Source: Bordetella parapertussis (GTDB lineage Bacteria > Pseudomonadota > Gammaproteobacteria > Burkholderiales > SG8-41). From it: a stretch of 48,284 nt of DNA. The stretch lies in the NCBI GenBank assembly GCA_945865805.1, contig CAMBGJ010000001.1, positions 1 through 48,284 on the forward strand. Direction: 5' to 3'. This document shows positions 17,011-25,386 of this stretch, piece by piece (within the stretch, counting starts at the first letter, position 1; every line of letters begins with the position of its first letter). The notes below the pieces were generated by a model that had not been told where the DNA came from, ran no database searches, and worked only from the letters and a program-made list of their open reading frames with translations. The translations under genes and the position numbers were made by a program.

Positions 17011-17358
17011 ATGCGCATCCACAACCTGTACACCGACGACAAGAGCGAATCCCATTTCCGTGACATCGATGTCGAATGGGCCGAAGAAAGGCGCGGCAGC
17101 AAGTTGTCGAAACGCTTGCCCGCCACCGGCATCATCTTCCGCGAAACCCAACCGGAAAACACCGTCGATTGGCACAACGCGCCGCGCCGCCAGTACATCG
17201 TCAACCTGCAATCGGGCGTGAAAATCACCGCCAGCGACGGCGAAAGCCGCGAGATCGGCATCGGCGAAGTGCTGTTGGTCGAAGACATCAGCGGCAAGGG
17301 CCACCTGTCGCAAGGGCTGGGCGGGTTGCGGCGCAGTCTGTTTATACCGGTAGACTAA
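17011..17358 (+). CDS. small cupin-like protein (hypothetical)
   Basis: 115 aa with AGGAGA upstream. The beta-rich pattern (WHNAPRRQYIVNLQSGVKITASDGESREIGIGEVLLVED) suggests a cupin fold. Confidence 0.45.
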   Translation: MRIHNLYTDDKSESHFRDIDVEWAEERRGSKLSKRLPATGIIFRETQPENTVDWHNAPRRQYIVNLQSGVKITASDGESREIGIGEVLLVEDISGKGHLSQGLGGLRRSLFIPVD

Positions 17359-17436
17359 CGATGGTGTCGCTGCATGATTCGGGTGCAGCGGCATGTCCAC
17401 CAGCCGCAAGCGGGTTGGAAGACACCGGAGAAATAT

Positions 17437-18459
17437 ATGTTTAAAAACAAATACTTACCGTTTCTCCGCCACACCATGTTGATATTGGCCTGCGTGCTGT
17501 GGCCAGTTACGCCATTGTGGGCGCAACCCGCCACCACGGCTGCAAGCCCCGCGTGGTTGCCGACCAAAAACGTTGAAATCATCCACGGCTCGGCGCCCGG
17601 TGGCAGCAATGACAAACGTGCGCGTGAGATCGAAAAAGCGTTGGCTGAAACCAAGCTGATCCCGACATCAATGACGGTGGTCAGCAAGCCCGGCGGCGGC
17701 GGCTCGATTTCGATGGCGTATGCCAACACGCATCCCGGCGATGGGCATTATCTGCTACTCGGCGGCTCGACCATGATCAGCAATCACATCATTGGCGCCT
17801 CCAAAATGAATTACACGGATTTCACGCCGATCGCGTCGCTGATGAATGATTACATCGTGTTCGCGGTGAACGCGGATTCGCCGCTTAAAACCGGCAAGGA
17901 TTTGCTTGAGCGTTTGAAAACCAAACCGCAGTCGCTGTCCATCGGCTTTGCCAGCGCGTTCGGCAACAGCCGCCATATCGGCGCGGGCATGCTGATGCGC
18001 GCGGTGGGCGGCAACCCGCGCGATCTGAAGGTGGTGGTGTTCAAGGGTTCCGCCGAGGCGATCAGCGCGCTGCTCGGTGGGCACATCGATGTGGCGATAC
18101 TCGGCGCGATCAATTCGGTGGTGCATCTGGGTGGCGGCAAAATGCGCGTGCTGGCGGCGGCCACGCCACGGCGCTTTGGCGGCGCGCTGGCGCATGTGCC
18201 GACGTGGAAGGAGCTCGGCGTAGATGTAGTATCCGGCAGTTGGGGCGGCGTGTTCGGCCCGCGTAATCTGCCTGCCGCGCAACTGGCGTTTTGGGAAGAA
18301 GCGATGCGGCGCGTATCGCAGAATGCGGGCTGGAAAGCCGATCTGGAAAAAAATTACTGGCTGGATGATTTCGCGGTGGGCGCGCAGTTTCGCAAGGAAC
18401 TCGAAAAGGATTACGCGGATACACGCAAGGTGCTGGTGGATGTGGGGCTGGCGAAATAG
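17437..18459 (+). CDS. Bug/TctC-family substrate-binding protein
   Basis: MFKNKYLPFLRHTMLILACVLWPVTPLWAQ signal peptide, then VEIIHGSAPGGSNDKRAR...KPGGGGSI. GGAG lies upstream of the ATG at 17437. It is a tandem paralogue of the next gene. Confidence 0.9.
   Translation: MFKNKYLPFLRHTMLILACVLWPVTPLWAQPATTAASPAWLPTKNVEIIHGSAPGGSNDKRAREIEKALAETKLIPTSMTVVSKPGGGGSISMAYANTHPGDGHYLLLGGSTMISNHIIGASKMNYTDFTPIASLMNDYIVFAVNADSPLKTGKDLLERLKTKPQSLSIGFASAFGNSRHIGAGMLMRAVGGNPRDLKVVVFKGSAEAISALLGGHIDVAILGAINSVVHLGGGKMRVLAAATPRRFGGALAHVPTWKELGVDVVSGSWGGVFGPRNLPAAQLAFWEEAMRRVSQNAGWKADLEKNYWLDDFAVGAQFRKELEKDYADTRKVLVDVGLAK
17439..17458 (+). repeat. AT-rich box copy 5 (forward; overlaps codons 1-8)
   Basis: GTTTAAAAACAAATACTTAC is read as F-K-N-K-Y-L, a different frame relative to the box than copy 4. 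Confidence 0.6.
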
Positions 18460-18470
18460 GTTTAAAAATA

Positions 18471-19451
18471 ATGATTAAAATCAAATACTTACATATGATG
18501 TCTTTCGCGGCGCTGCTGTTGGCTGGCGCTGCCCACGCACAAAGCTGGACCCCCAGCAAAAACGTCGAGATCGTCGTTGGCTCCGCACCCGGCGGCAGCA
18601 ACGACCGCACCGGGCGCTCGGTGGAACGCTTGTTGAACGATCTGAAGCTCGTGCCGACCTCACTCACCGTTGTCAACAAGCCGGGTGGCGGCGGCAACAT
18701 CATGTTCAGCTATGTCAACGGCCACGCGGGCGACGCGCACTACCTGATGGTGGGCACCACGGCGATGCTGACCAATCACATCGTCGGTTCCGGCAAGCTG
18801 AGCCACGCGGATTTCACGCCTATTGCATCGTTGTTCAACGACTACGTGGTGTTCGCGGTCAACAGCAATTCGCCGAGCAAAACCGGCAAGGATTTGGTCG
18901 AGCGCCTCAAAAAAGACCCGCAGTCGATCCCGCTGGGTTTCGCCACTTCGCTCGGCAGTCACAACCACATTGCCGCCGGACTGCTGATGAAAGCCTTCGG
19001 CGGCAGCGCGCGCGATCTTAAAGCCGTGGCCTTCAAGGGCGCGGCCGAAGGCATCACCGCGCTGATGGGCGGGCACCTTGAGCTCGTGACCACGGCGGCA
19101 GGCAATGTCGCTCCGCACGTGCAAAGCGGGCGGCTGCGCGTAGTGGCCGTATCCGCTGATAAACGCCTGCCCGGCGCGTTCGCCAGCGTGCCAACGTGGA
19201 AAGAGCAAGGGGTGAATCTTGTCTACGGCGGCTGGCGCTCGATCATGGGGCCGAAGGGCCTGACCGCGCCGCAAGTCGCGTATTGGGAAGGCGCGCTGCG
19301 TAAAGCCTCGCAAAGCGCCGAGTGGAAAACCGAACTCGAACGCAACTATTGGTCAGATGATTTCGTCACCAGCGTGCAGTTTCGCAAGGATTTGGAGAAG
19401 GACTACACCGATATGAAGGCGGTGTTGGTGGAGTTGGGGTTGGCGCGATAA
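18471..19451 (+). CDS. Bug/TctC-family substrate-binding protein
   Basis: 326 aa, colinear with the preceding paralogue (VEIVVGSAPGGSNDRTGR...KPGGGGNI...). Confidence 0.9.
   Translation: MIKIKYLHMMSFAALLLAGAAHAQSWTPSKNVEIVVGSAPGGSNDRTGRSVERLLNDLKLVPTSLTVVNKPGGGGNIMFSYVNGHAGDAHYLMVGTTAMLTNHIVGSGKLSHADFTPIASLFNDYVVFAVNSNSPSKTGKDLVERLKKDPQSIPLGFATSLGSHNHIAAGLLMKAFGGSARDLKAVAFKGAAEGITALMGGHLELVTTAAGNVAPHVQSGRLRVVAVSADKRLPGAFASVPTWKEQGVNLVYGGWRSIMGPKGLTAPQVAYWEGALRKASQSAEWKTELERNYWSDDFVTSVQFRKDLEKDYTDMKAVLVELGLAR
18473..18492 (+). repeat. AT-rich box copy 6 (forward; overlaps codons 1-8; exact IHF-type core AATCAAATACTTA)
   Basis: GATTAAAATCAAATACTTAC is read as I-K-I-K-Y-L. Confidence 0.6.
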
Positions 19452-19457
19452 CACCTG

Positions 19458-19534
19458 TTTAACCACGGAACACACAGAATACGCAGAAAATGCTCGCGGT
19501 GTTTTCCGCGTATTCTGTGTGTTCCGTGGTTAAA
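19458..19534. repeat. family A long palindrome (TTTAACCACGGAACAC subtype)
   Basis: tttaaccacggaacacacagaatacgc is the perfect reverse complement (26+ nt) of gcgtattctgtgtgttccgtggttaaa. It starts 7 nt after the Bug stop. Confidence 0.9.
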
Positions 19535-19574
19535 TTGATCTGAATTTGATAACACAGCAACCGAAACTGACCCC

Positions 19575-20429
19575 ATGAAAACCATCCTCATCACCGGCGC
19601 TGCCGGACGCATCGGCAGCTTTATGCGTGCCGAACTCGCGGGCAAATACCAACTGCGCCTGTCGGACATCCAGCCGGTCAAAAAACTCCAGCCCGGCGAA
19701 ACGTTCGTGCGCGCGGATATCGCCAACATGAAACACGCGCTGCGCATTACCAAGGGCGTCGATGCGGTGGTGCACTTCGGCGGGCAGTCGGGCGAGCACA
19801 CCTGGGAACAAATACTCAACGCCAACATCATCGGTTTTCGCAACACGCTGGAGGCCGCGCGGGTGAACGGCGTGAAACGTTTTCTGGTGGCGACTTCGAA
19901 TCACGCGGTAGGGTTTTATCCGGTGACGCAAACCGTTGATCACCGCGTCTACATCAAGCCCGACAGCCGCTACGGCGTGTCCAAGGTGTTCAACGAAGCG
20001 TTGGCCAGCCTTTACGCCGACCGCTACGGCATGGAAATGTTCTGCATGCGCATCGGCAACGTCAACAGCGAACCCATCGACCGGCGGCGGCTGGCGATCT
20101 GGATCAGCCCGCGTGACATGGCGCAACTGGTGACGATCGGCATCGAAAGGCCGAAACTGAAATTTGAAATCGTCTACGGCATCTCGGACAACAAAGGCAC
20201 GTGGTTTGATAACAGCAACGCCAAGCGGCTGGGCTACAGGCCCAAGGATCGCAGCGCGCCGTACGCAAAAGAAATTACCCAACGTGAAGGCCCGCCCGGC
20301 AAAACACCGGCGGACATTTTTCAGGGCGGCGGACATTGCATGTCGGAAGGCGGCACGCGCAGCCGCCTGGCGGGAGAGGCAGCGGCACCGGCACCGGCCA
20401 AACGCAAGCGCGCGCGTTCGCGTGCCTAG
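19575..20429 (+). CDS. udh: uronate dehydrogenase-like NAD-dependent epimerase/dehydratase family protein
   Basis: MKTILITGAAGRIGSFMR...VVHFGG...NIIG..N.LEAAR...SNH..G.YP...YGVSK...RIG...WFDNS....LGY.PKD....FQGG is colinear, from memory, with Agrobacterium-type Udh. It carries an extra basic Ala/Arg-rich tail of about 25 aa. Confidence 0.75.
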   Translation: MKTILITGAAGRIGSFMRAELAGKYQLRLSDIQPVKKLQPGETFVRADIANMKHALRITKGVDAVVHFGGQSGEHTWEQILNANIIGFRNTLEAARVNGVKRFLVATSNHAVGFYPVTQTVDHRVYIKPDSRYGVSKVFNEALASLYADRYGMEMFCMRIGNVNSEPIDRRRLAIWISPRDMAQLVTIGIERPKLKFEIVYGISDNKGTWFDNSNAKRLGYRPKDRSAPYAKEITQREGPPGKTPADIFQGGGHCMSEGGTRSRLAGEAAAPAPAKRKRARSRA

Positions 20430-20481
20430 CGCGGCGTTAGGGGCTGGCGACTCTGGGTTCGCGGTTGTCCCGACAGGTGTA

Positions 20482-20544
20482 GGGCGGGAGTTATCCCGCC
20501 ATTTCGGTGCTTTGTGGCAGGATAACTCCCGCCCAACTTTTTTT
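20482..20544 (+). terminator. probable intrinsic terminator after udh
   Basis: gggcgggagttatcc (20482-20496) is the perfect reverse complement of ggataactcccgccc (20520-20534). This is followed by aac and a run of 7 T. The loop is long (23 nt) but partly self-pairing. Confidence 0.5.
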
Positions 20545-20593
20545 CCGCTATCGCGATGGGTATTGGCGCCGTGCCTGCGAGCCGGGCACTGAC

Positions 20594-21526
20594 ATGGACG
20601 CTACCAACTGGGTCTGGATACCCCTATCCATTTTTGCCGCGTTGATGCAGGCCGTGCGCACGGCCGCGCAAAAGCAACTGAATCAACGCATGTCCACGAT
20701 GGGCACGACGTATGTGCGCTCTTTGTTTGGTTTGCCGGTGTTGCTGGTGTTCCTAGGTGCCGTGACCCTCTATACCGGCCTTGGCGCGCCTGAATTCAAA
20801 CCGGCGTTCGTGTTGCACACGGCTGGCGGCGCGGCGGCGCAGGTGCTGGCGACCGCGTTGCTGATTTACCTGTTTCGCTTGAAGAATTTCGCAGTCGGCA
20901 CCATGCTCACCAAGACCGACCTGATTCTGACCGCAGTGGTCGGCACGGTGCTATTCACCGAACAGATCACCCCATTCGGCTGGGTGGCGATCCTGGTGGT
21001 GATGGGCGGCGTGACGCTGATGCTGCTGGGCAAAACGGGCACCGGCGTATTCAAAACGCGCGGCGAAGCGGTGTCACATCTGTTGACGGGGCGTGCGACA
21101 CAGGTGGCGTTGGCGTGCGCATTGTTGTTTGCATTGTCCTATCTGTTTTTGCGCGCGGCGACATTGGAACTGGGCGAGCAGAATCACTTTCTGTGGCGCT
21201 CGGGCTGGACCGTGGTGCTGGCCACCACCCTGCAGATCGTGTGCCTGGGCCTGTGGCTGGCGGTCAAGGAACCGGGGGTGTTCCGGCAAATGTGGCCGGT
21301 GCGCGGCATCGCCAGCTTTATCGGCCTGACCAGCGCGCTGGGTTCCATCGGCTGGTACTCGGCGTTCGCGCTGCAGAATGCGTCCTATGTGCGCGCCGTC
21401 GGTCAGATCGAAGCAGTGTTTACGCTGACCATTTCATGGCTGTATTTCCGCGAGAAAATTACCCGGCTGGAACTGGCGGGTATTGCCGCCACCGTGGCCG
21501 GGGTGCTGATGTTCCGGCTGGTTTGA
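20594..21526 (+). CDS. DMT-superfamily (EamA-like) permease
   Basis: About 310 aa, roughly ten hydrophobic helices, two-fold internal repeat. ATG at 20594 (MDATNWVWIPLSIFAALMQ...). Confidence 0.7.
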   Translation: MDATNWVWIPLSIFAALMQAVRTAAQKQLNQRMSTMGTTYVRSLFGLPVLLVFLGAVTLYTGLGAPEFKPAFVLHTAGGAAAQVLATALLIYLFRLKNFAVGTMLTKTDLILTAVVGTVLFTEQITPFGWVAILVVMGGVTLMLLGKTGTGVFKTRGEAVSHLLTGRATQVALACALLFALSYLFLRAATLELGEQNHFLWRSGWTVVLATTLQIVCLGLWLAVKEPGVFRQMWPVRGIASFIGLTSALGSIGWYSAFALQNASYVRAVGQIEAVFTLTISWLYFREKITRLELAGIAATVAGVLMFRLV

Positions 21527-21707
21527 GTAGGGGCGGCTTCACGCGTACGCGCCCCGCAGCGCCAGCAACAGAACCGCCCAGCGCCCGCAGCACATAGCCG
21601 ACCATTAGCGCTGGCTAAACGCCTGCGTTGCTCAATGGCGTTTCTTCACGATGCCCGAGGCGCTTGACGACCAGCCCATCACAGAAGTCCATCCCTAAAA
21701 CCAAACC

Positions 21708-22610
21708 TTACGGATACATCGCCCAGCCGCGTCGATCCGTCTGCGCTTTGAAGAAATGCCCATTGGTGCTGGTGACAAACACGGTGGACATATCCGGCCC
21801 GCCGAAGCAGACATTGGTGGGGCGGTTGGCGGCGACGGGATGCGTTTCCAAAACGCGACCCTTGGGTGAGAACACGTAGAGCATGGGGCCAGGGCCGCTG
21901 ACTTCCCAGCCGGCGGTGGCGATGATGTTGCCTTCAGCATCGAGGCACATGCCGTCAATGCCGCGATGCAGGCCGCGTGCGTCTTCGCCCCAGGTGAACA
22001 GCACATCGAATTTGCCGAGGCTGCCGTCGTCACGGATCGGGTACGCGCGCAACTCGCGCGGGATGCCGTGCGTGTAGCTGCTTTCGGCGACATACAGCGT
22101 GCGGTTATCGCGTGACACCAGAATGCCGTTGGGCTGGGTGGTGTCGAAGGTGGCGCGCGTGACCAAATAGCTGCCGTCGGCTTGCGGCGAGGCGCACAGC
22201 ACCGAGCGGTGATCGAGTTCTTCTTTTTCGGTTTTGTCCCAGTTACCATCGTTCACCGGGTTGGTGAACCAGATGCGGCCGCGATAATCGACGGCCAGAT
22301 CATTGGGCGTACTCAATTTCTTGCCGTCGAGCCGGTCGGCGATCACGGTGTTTTTGCCGTCGGCATCAAAGCGCACGATGCTGCGACCGCCGGAACAGCA
22401 GCCGTAGAGCTTGCCATGATTGTCGAAGCACAGGCCGTTGGTGCGGTTGGTGCCTTCGCGCCACACGCTGACGACGTTGGTTTTCAGGTCATAGCGCAGG
22501 ATGCGGTTTTTGCGGATGTGGGTGAAGAGTATTTCTTCGCCCGTCCACACCGGGCCCTCGGTGATGAGTTCGCCTTCGGGCTTCATGATGAGTTCAAAAT
22601 TCCACGACAT
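21708..22610 (-). CDS. SMP-30/gluconolactonase/LRE-family lactonase
   Basis: MSWNFELIMKPEGELITEGPVW...TNGLCFD...PNDLAVD...PNGI..S.D..TLYVAES...DGMCLD, a six-bladed propeller lactonase pattern. The start is trimmed to the ATG at 22610. Confidence 0.85.
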   Translation of the reverse strand: MSWNFELIMKPEGELITEGPVWTGEEILFTHIRKNRILRYDLKTNVVSVWREGTNRTNGLCFDNHGKLYGCCSGGRSIVRFDADGKNTVIADRLDGKKLSTPNDLAVDYRGRIWFTNPVNDGNWDKTEKEELDHRSVLCASPQADGSYLVTRATFDTTQPNGILVSRDNRTLYVAESSYTHGIPRELRAYPIRDDGSLGKFDVLFTWGEDARGLHRGIDGMCLDAEGNIIATAGWEVSGPGPMLYVFSPKGRVLETHPVAANRPTNVCFGGPDMSTVFVTSTNGHFFKAQTDRRGWAMYP

Positions 22611-22624
22611 GTTGATTCCTTGGG

Positions 22625-23446
22625 TTAAGCAGACGGTGCAGGGGGTTGGGGCGAACCTCTTTTCTTGATTACATAAACTATCGCGGCCGGCCAAAACAGC
22701 AGCAACAGCACTACCAGCAGTACCATGTTGATCTGCCCAGCGGCAGCGACGGGTGAGGCCGCAGGCGTTTGCCGCAGCGAATCCAGTACCTCGCGCCGCA
22801 ACTGATTCAGGTGCTCCGCCGGAACACCGTTGCCGCAATACTGACAGCGCGGCGGGTTGGATAAATCGAGCGAAACCTTCTGGTTGATCTTGTGCCCGCA
22901 GTGGTTGCAGTCGGCGAATACCAGAAACTCGCTTTGCAGGCGGCTGTTGATGATCTTGTCGCTGCGGCTTTCGTAGGCGTAGGCAGACTGCTGCTGCGCG
23001 TTGATGTCTTTCAGATGCTTGAGGATGAATTCGCGCGGTAGTCCCAGTGCCACCGTGAGGCTTGCCACATTTGCATCGCCGGCGTGTTCGAGCGCGTTCC
23101 AGATGGCGATGATCTTTTTTTCGCGGGAACGGAAGCCATAACCAACGATCAGCAGGATCAAGCCGTTGGCGATTATGATGGTGCGCACGAGCGGAAAGCC
23201 ACGTTCGATTGCCTCGACCTCAAAGCGCGCGCCCTTCTCCTGGCGTATCTGCTCCAGCGTGCGCCCATTTTTGTTGTCAAAGGTGTACTGGGTATTGTTG
23301 CCGGTTTTTTCTTTGATGACGACTTCGTTCCAGCGGAACGGATCCAGCGTCACCGACAGCACCCCCGCAATCAACAGCAGCCAGCCTATGGCAATGAAGT
23401 AATTATCGATCTTGTAAATGTCTTTCGGCGTCATTAGCTTGCCCAC
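22625..23446 (-). CDS. uncharacterised membrane protein with a cytoplasmic zinc ribbon
   Basis: 273 aa, three predicted TM segments (YFIAIGWLLLIAGVLSV; IIIANGLILLIVGYGF; MVLLVVLLLLFWPAAIVYVI). CNHCGH-x17-CQYCG forms a Cys4 ribbon. It is visibly lower in GC than its neighbours and lies 100 bp downstream of the kinase gene on the same strand. Confidence 0.6.
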   Translation of the reverse strand: MGKLMTPKDIYKIDNYFIAIGWLLLIAGVLSVTLDPFRWNEVVIKEKTGNNTQYTFDNKNGRTLEQIRQEKGARFEVEAIERGFPLVRTIIIANGLILLIVGYGFRSREKKIIAIWNALEHAGDANVASLTVALGLPREFILKHLKDINAQQQSAYAYESRSDKIINSRLQSEFLVFADCNHCGHKINQKVSLDLSNPPRCQYCGNGVPAEHLNQLRREVLDSLRQTPAASPVAAAGQINMVLLVVLLLLFWPAAIVYVIKKRGSPQPPAPSA

Positions 23447-23545
23447 ACATGTCGCTATAAATTGCGTCCGCTCGTTAATGGTGAATCCGCTTGCACCACC
23501 ACGACTGTATCACCGCAGCATCTGCCCTGTGCGCGGACAAGCCGC

Positions 23546-25156
23546 CTATTTGAATTTGGGCGGCGGTTTTCCGCCCGGCCCATCCGGCGGCGGTCCCAAC
23601 GTTCTGAGCGACAGAAATTCCTGTATCGAAAGGCGGCCATCCCTGTCGGCATCCAGGCGGACGAAATCACGCTCGATAGGTCCCCGCCCCCGCACTTCGT
23701 CCGCCGATAAATGGCCGTCGCCATTGGCGTCCATGTGACGAAAGTCCCGTAACAGCTTCTGTTCAAAGGGGTCGCCACCCGTGGGCGGCTCGCCGCGCGG
23801 CATATGCGCATGCGCTGGCGGCGCAGGGCGCGCGGTGGCCGGTGCGGCAGGCACCGCTGTCGCGCCCTTGTTGCGTTCTTCTTCGAGCTTGCGCAGCGCC
23901 TCGGCACGCTCGGCGGCGATCTTGTCGCGATCACCCGCGTTGCCGGCCATCATTTGCGCCGCGCGTTCTTCGACACTGCGGGTGTCGAGCGCCTGTTGCG
24001 CGGCGGCGAGTTTGGCGGCTTCGGTGCGCGCGGTGGCTTCCTTGGCGAGCTTGGCATCGCGCTGGCCGGTGTACCACGCGCGGCCGCCGAACGGTGCCGC
24101 CAACACCACCGCACCGATCACCACCCAGCGCCACGGCGATGACGGCTCGGGGTCAACATCATAAGGCGAGCGCACGGGGGTGCGGCGTACTTGTGTCGCC
24201 GCCGCCGTGCTGGTTATCGTGGGCGCGGCTGCGCCTGTCGCGCTACTTGCCACCCGTACGCTGGCGGGCGACGGCGCTTTGCCTTCCAGCGCGCGCTTCC
24301 AGATTTCCACCGTGGCGGGGCGCTGTTTTTCGTCCAGCGACAGCGCCCATTGCATGGCATTCAGCGCGGGCTCGCTGACGCGGCCCCGAAGCTGCGCAAG
24401 TCTGGCGGGCACGGTATCGCCTTTCAGGCGGCTGACGGCGTCCGGCGGATTTTCGTTGGTGTAGGCGCGATACAGCACGCCCGCCATCGCGTAAATGTCC
24501 GACCACGGCCCCTGGTTGCCCTGGCCGGAGTATTGCTCGAGCGGCGCGTAACCCGGCGTGAGCACGGCGGTAAGGCTTTTGGTGGAGCCGTTGACCGCCT
24601 GCCGCGCCGCGCCGAAATCGAGCAGCACCGGGCTTTGATTGGTGCGGATAAAAATATTCGCCGGCTTGATATCACGATGCAAGAAACCGGTTTCGTGCAC
24701 CGCCTGCAAGCCATCGAGCAGCGGAAAAATAATTTCCTTCAACCGGGCTTCGCTCGGCAGCGGCTGATCCTTGAGTATCTGGTTGAAGGATTCGCCATCT
24801 TCGTAATCCATCACCATGTAGCCGGTGGCGTTGGCCTCGAAATAGCGGTTCACGCGCACGATGTGCGGGTGGCTGAATTTCGCCAGCGTGCGCGCTTCCT
24901 GAATGAAGCGATCAAGGCCCCACTTGTAGCTCTCGTCCGCCTGGGTGTTGATGGCGACTACGCCACCGTCCGGCTCGCGCAGCGCGAGATCAGCGGGGAA
25001 AAACTCCTTGATCGCGACGCGCTTGTCGAGATGGGTATCGGTGCACAGATACGTCATAACGAAGCCGCCCACGCCCAGAACGGATTCCAGGCGGTACTCC
25101 TGCAACATCGTGCCGAGCTTGAGCGCGTTGCGGTAGGTGGTGTGGGGGGTAGTCAC
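23546..25156 (-). CDS. Hanks-type Ser/Thr protein kinase with one TM helix and a C-terminal EF-hand pair
   Basis: Kinase motifs GVGGFVMTY, VAIKEF, HRDIKPANIF, DFG, PGYAPLE. TM segment WRWVVIGAVVLAAPFGG (~aa 342-358), then a coiled-coil/Pro-rich region. Two perfect 12-residue EF loops, DANGDGHLSADE and DADRDGRLSIQE, map to DNA 23618-23731. Confidence 0.9.
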   Translation of the reverse strand: MTTPHTTYRNALKLGTMLQEYRLESVLGVGGFVMTYLCTDTHLDKRVAIKEFFPADLALREPDGGVVAINTQADESYKWGLDRFIQEARTLAKFSHPHIVRVNRYFEANATGYMVMDYEDGESFNQILKDQPLPSEARLKEIIFPLLDGLQAVHETGFLHRDIKPANIFIRTNQSPVLLDFGAARQAVNGSTKSLTAVLTPGYAPLEQYSGQGNQGPWSDIYAMAGVLYRAYTNENPPDAVSRLKGDTVPARLAQLRGRVSEPALNAMQWALSLDEKQRPATVEIWKRALEGKAPSPASVRVASSATGAAAPTITSTAAATQVRRTPVRSPYDVDPEPSSPWRWVVIGAVVLAAPFGGRAWYTGQRDAKLAKEATARTEAAKLAAAQQALDTRSVEERAAQMMAGNAGDRDKIAAERAEALRKLEEERNKGATAVPAAPATARPAPPAHAHMPRGEPPTGGDPFEQKLLRDFRHMDANGDGHLSADEVRGRGPIERDFVRLDADRDGRLSIQEFLSLRTLGPPPDGPGGKPPPKFK

Positions 25157-25210
25157 GGGAGCGTAATCACGAGTGAATGATTAATTGTACTGGGCCACAA
25201 ATTTAATTCG

Positions 25211-25294
25211 CTCCCCTTCAGGGGGAGGGTTAGGGTGGGGATGGGGCAAACACATTCACCCCTCCCATCCCCGCCTTCCCCCTGAAGGGGAAGG
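25211..25294. repeat. family B nested palindrome
   Basis: ctccccttcagggggagggttagggtggggatgggg pairs with cccctcccatccccgccttccccctgaaggggaagg. Confidence 0.85.
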
Positions 25295-25386
25295 CGTTTC
25301 TTTGGCTATTTTGTATCACAGTGCAATTAAATGACGATTACAAAATGACTTGTCAGGCCCGCCGTTCGCCCTGAATCGCGCGGCCG

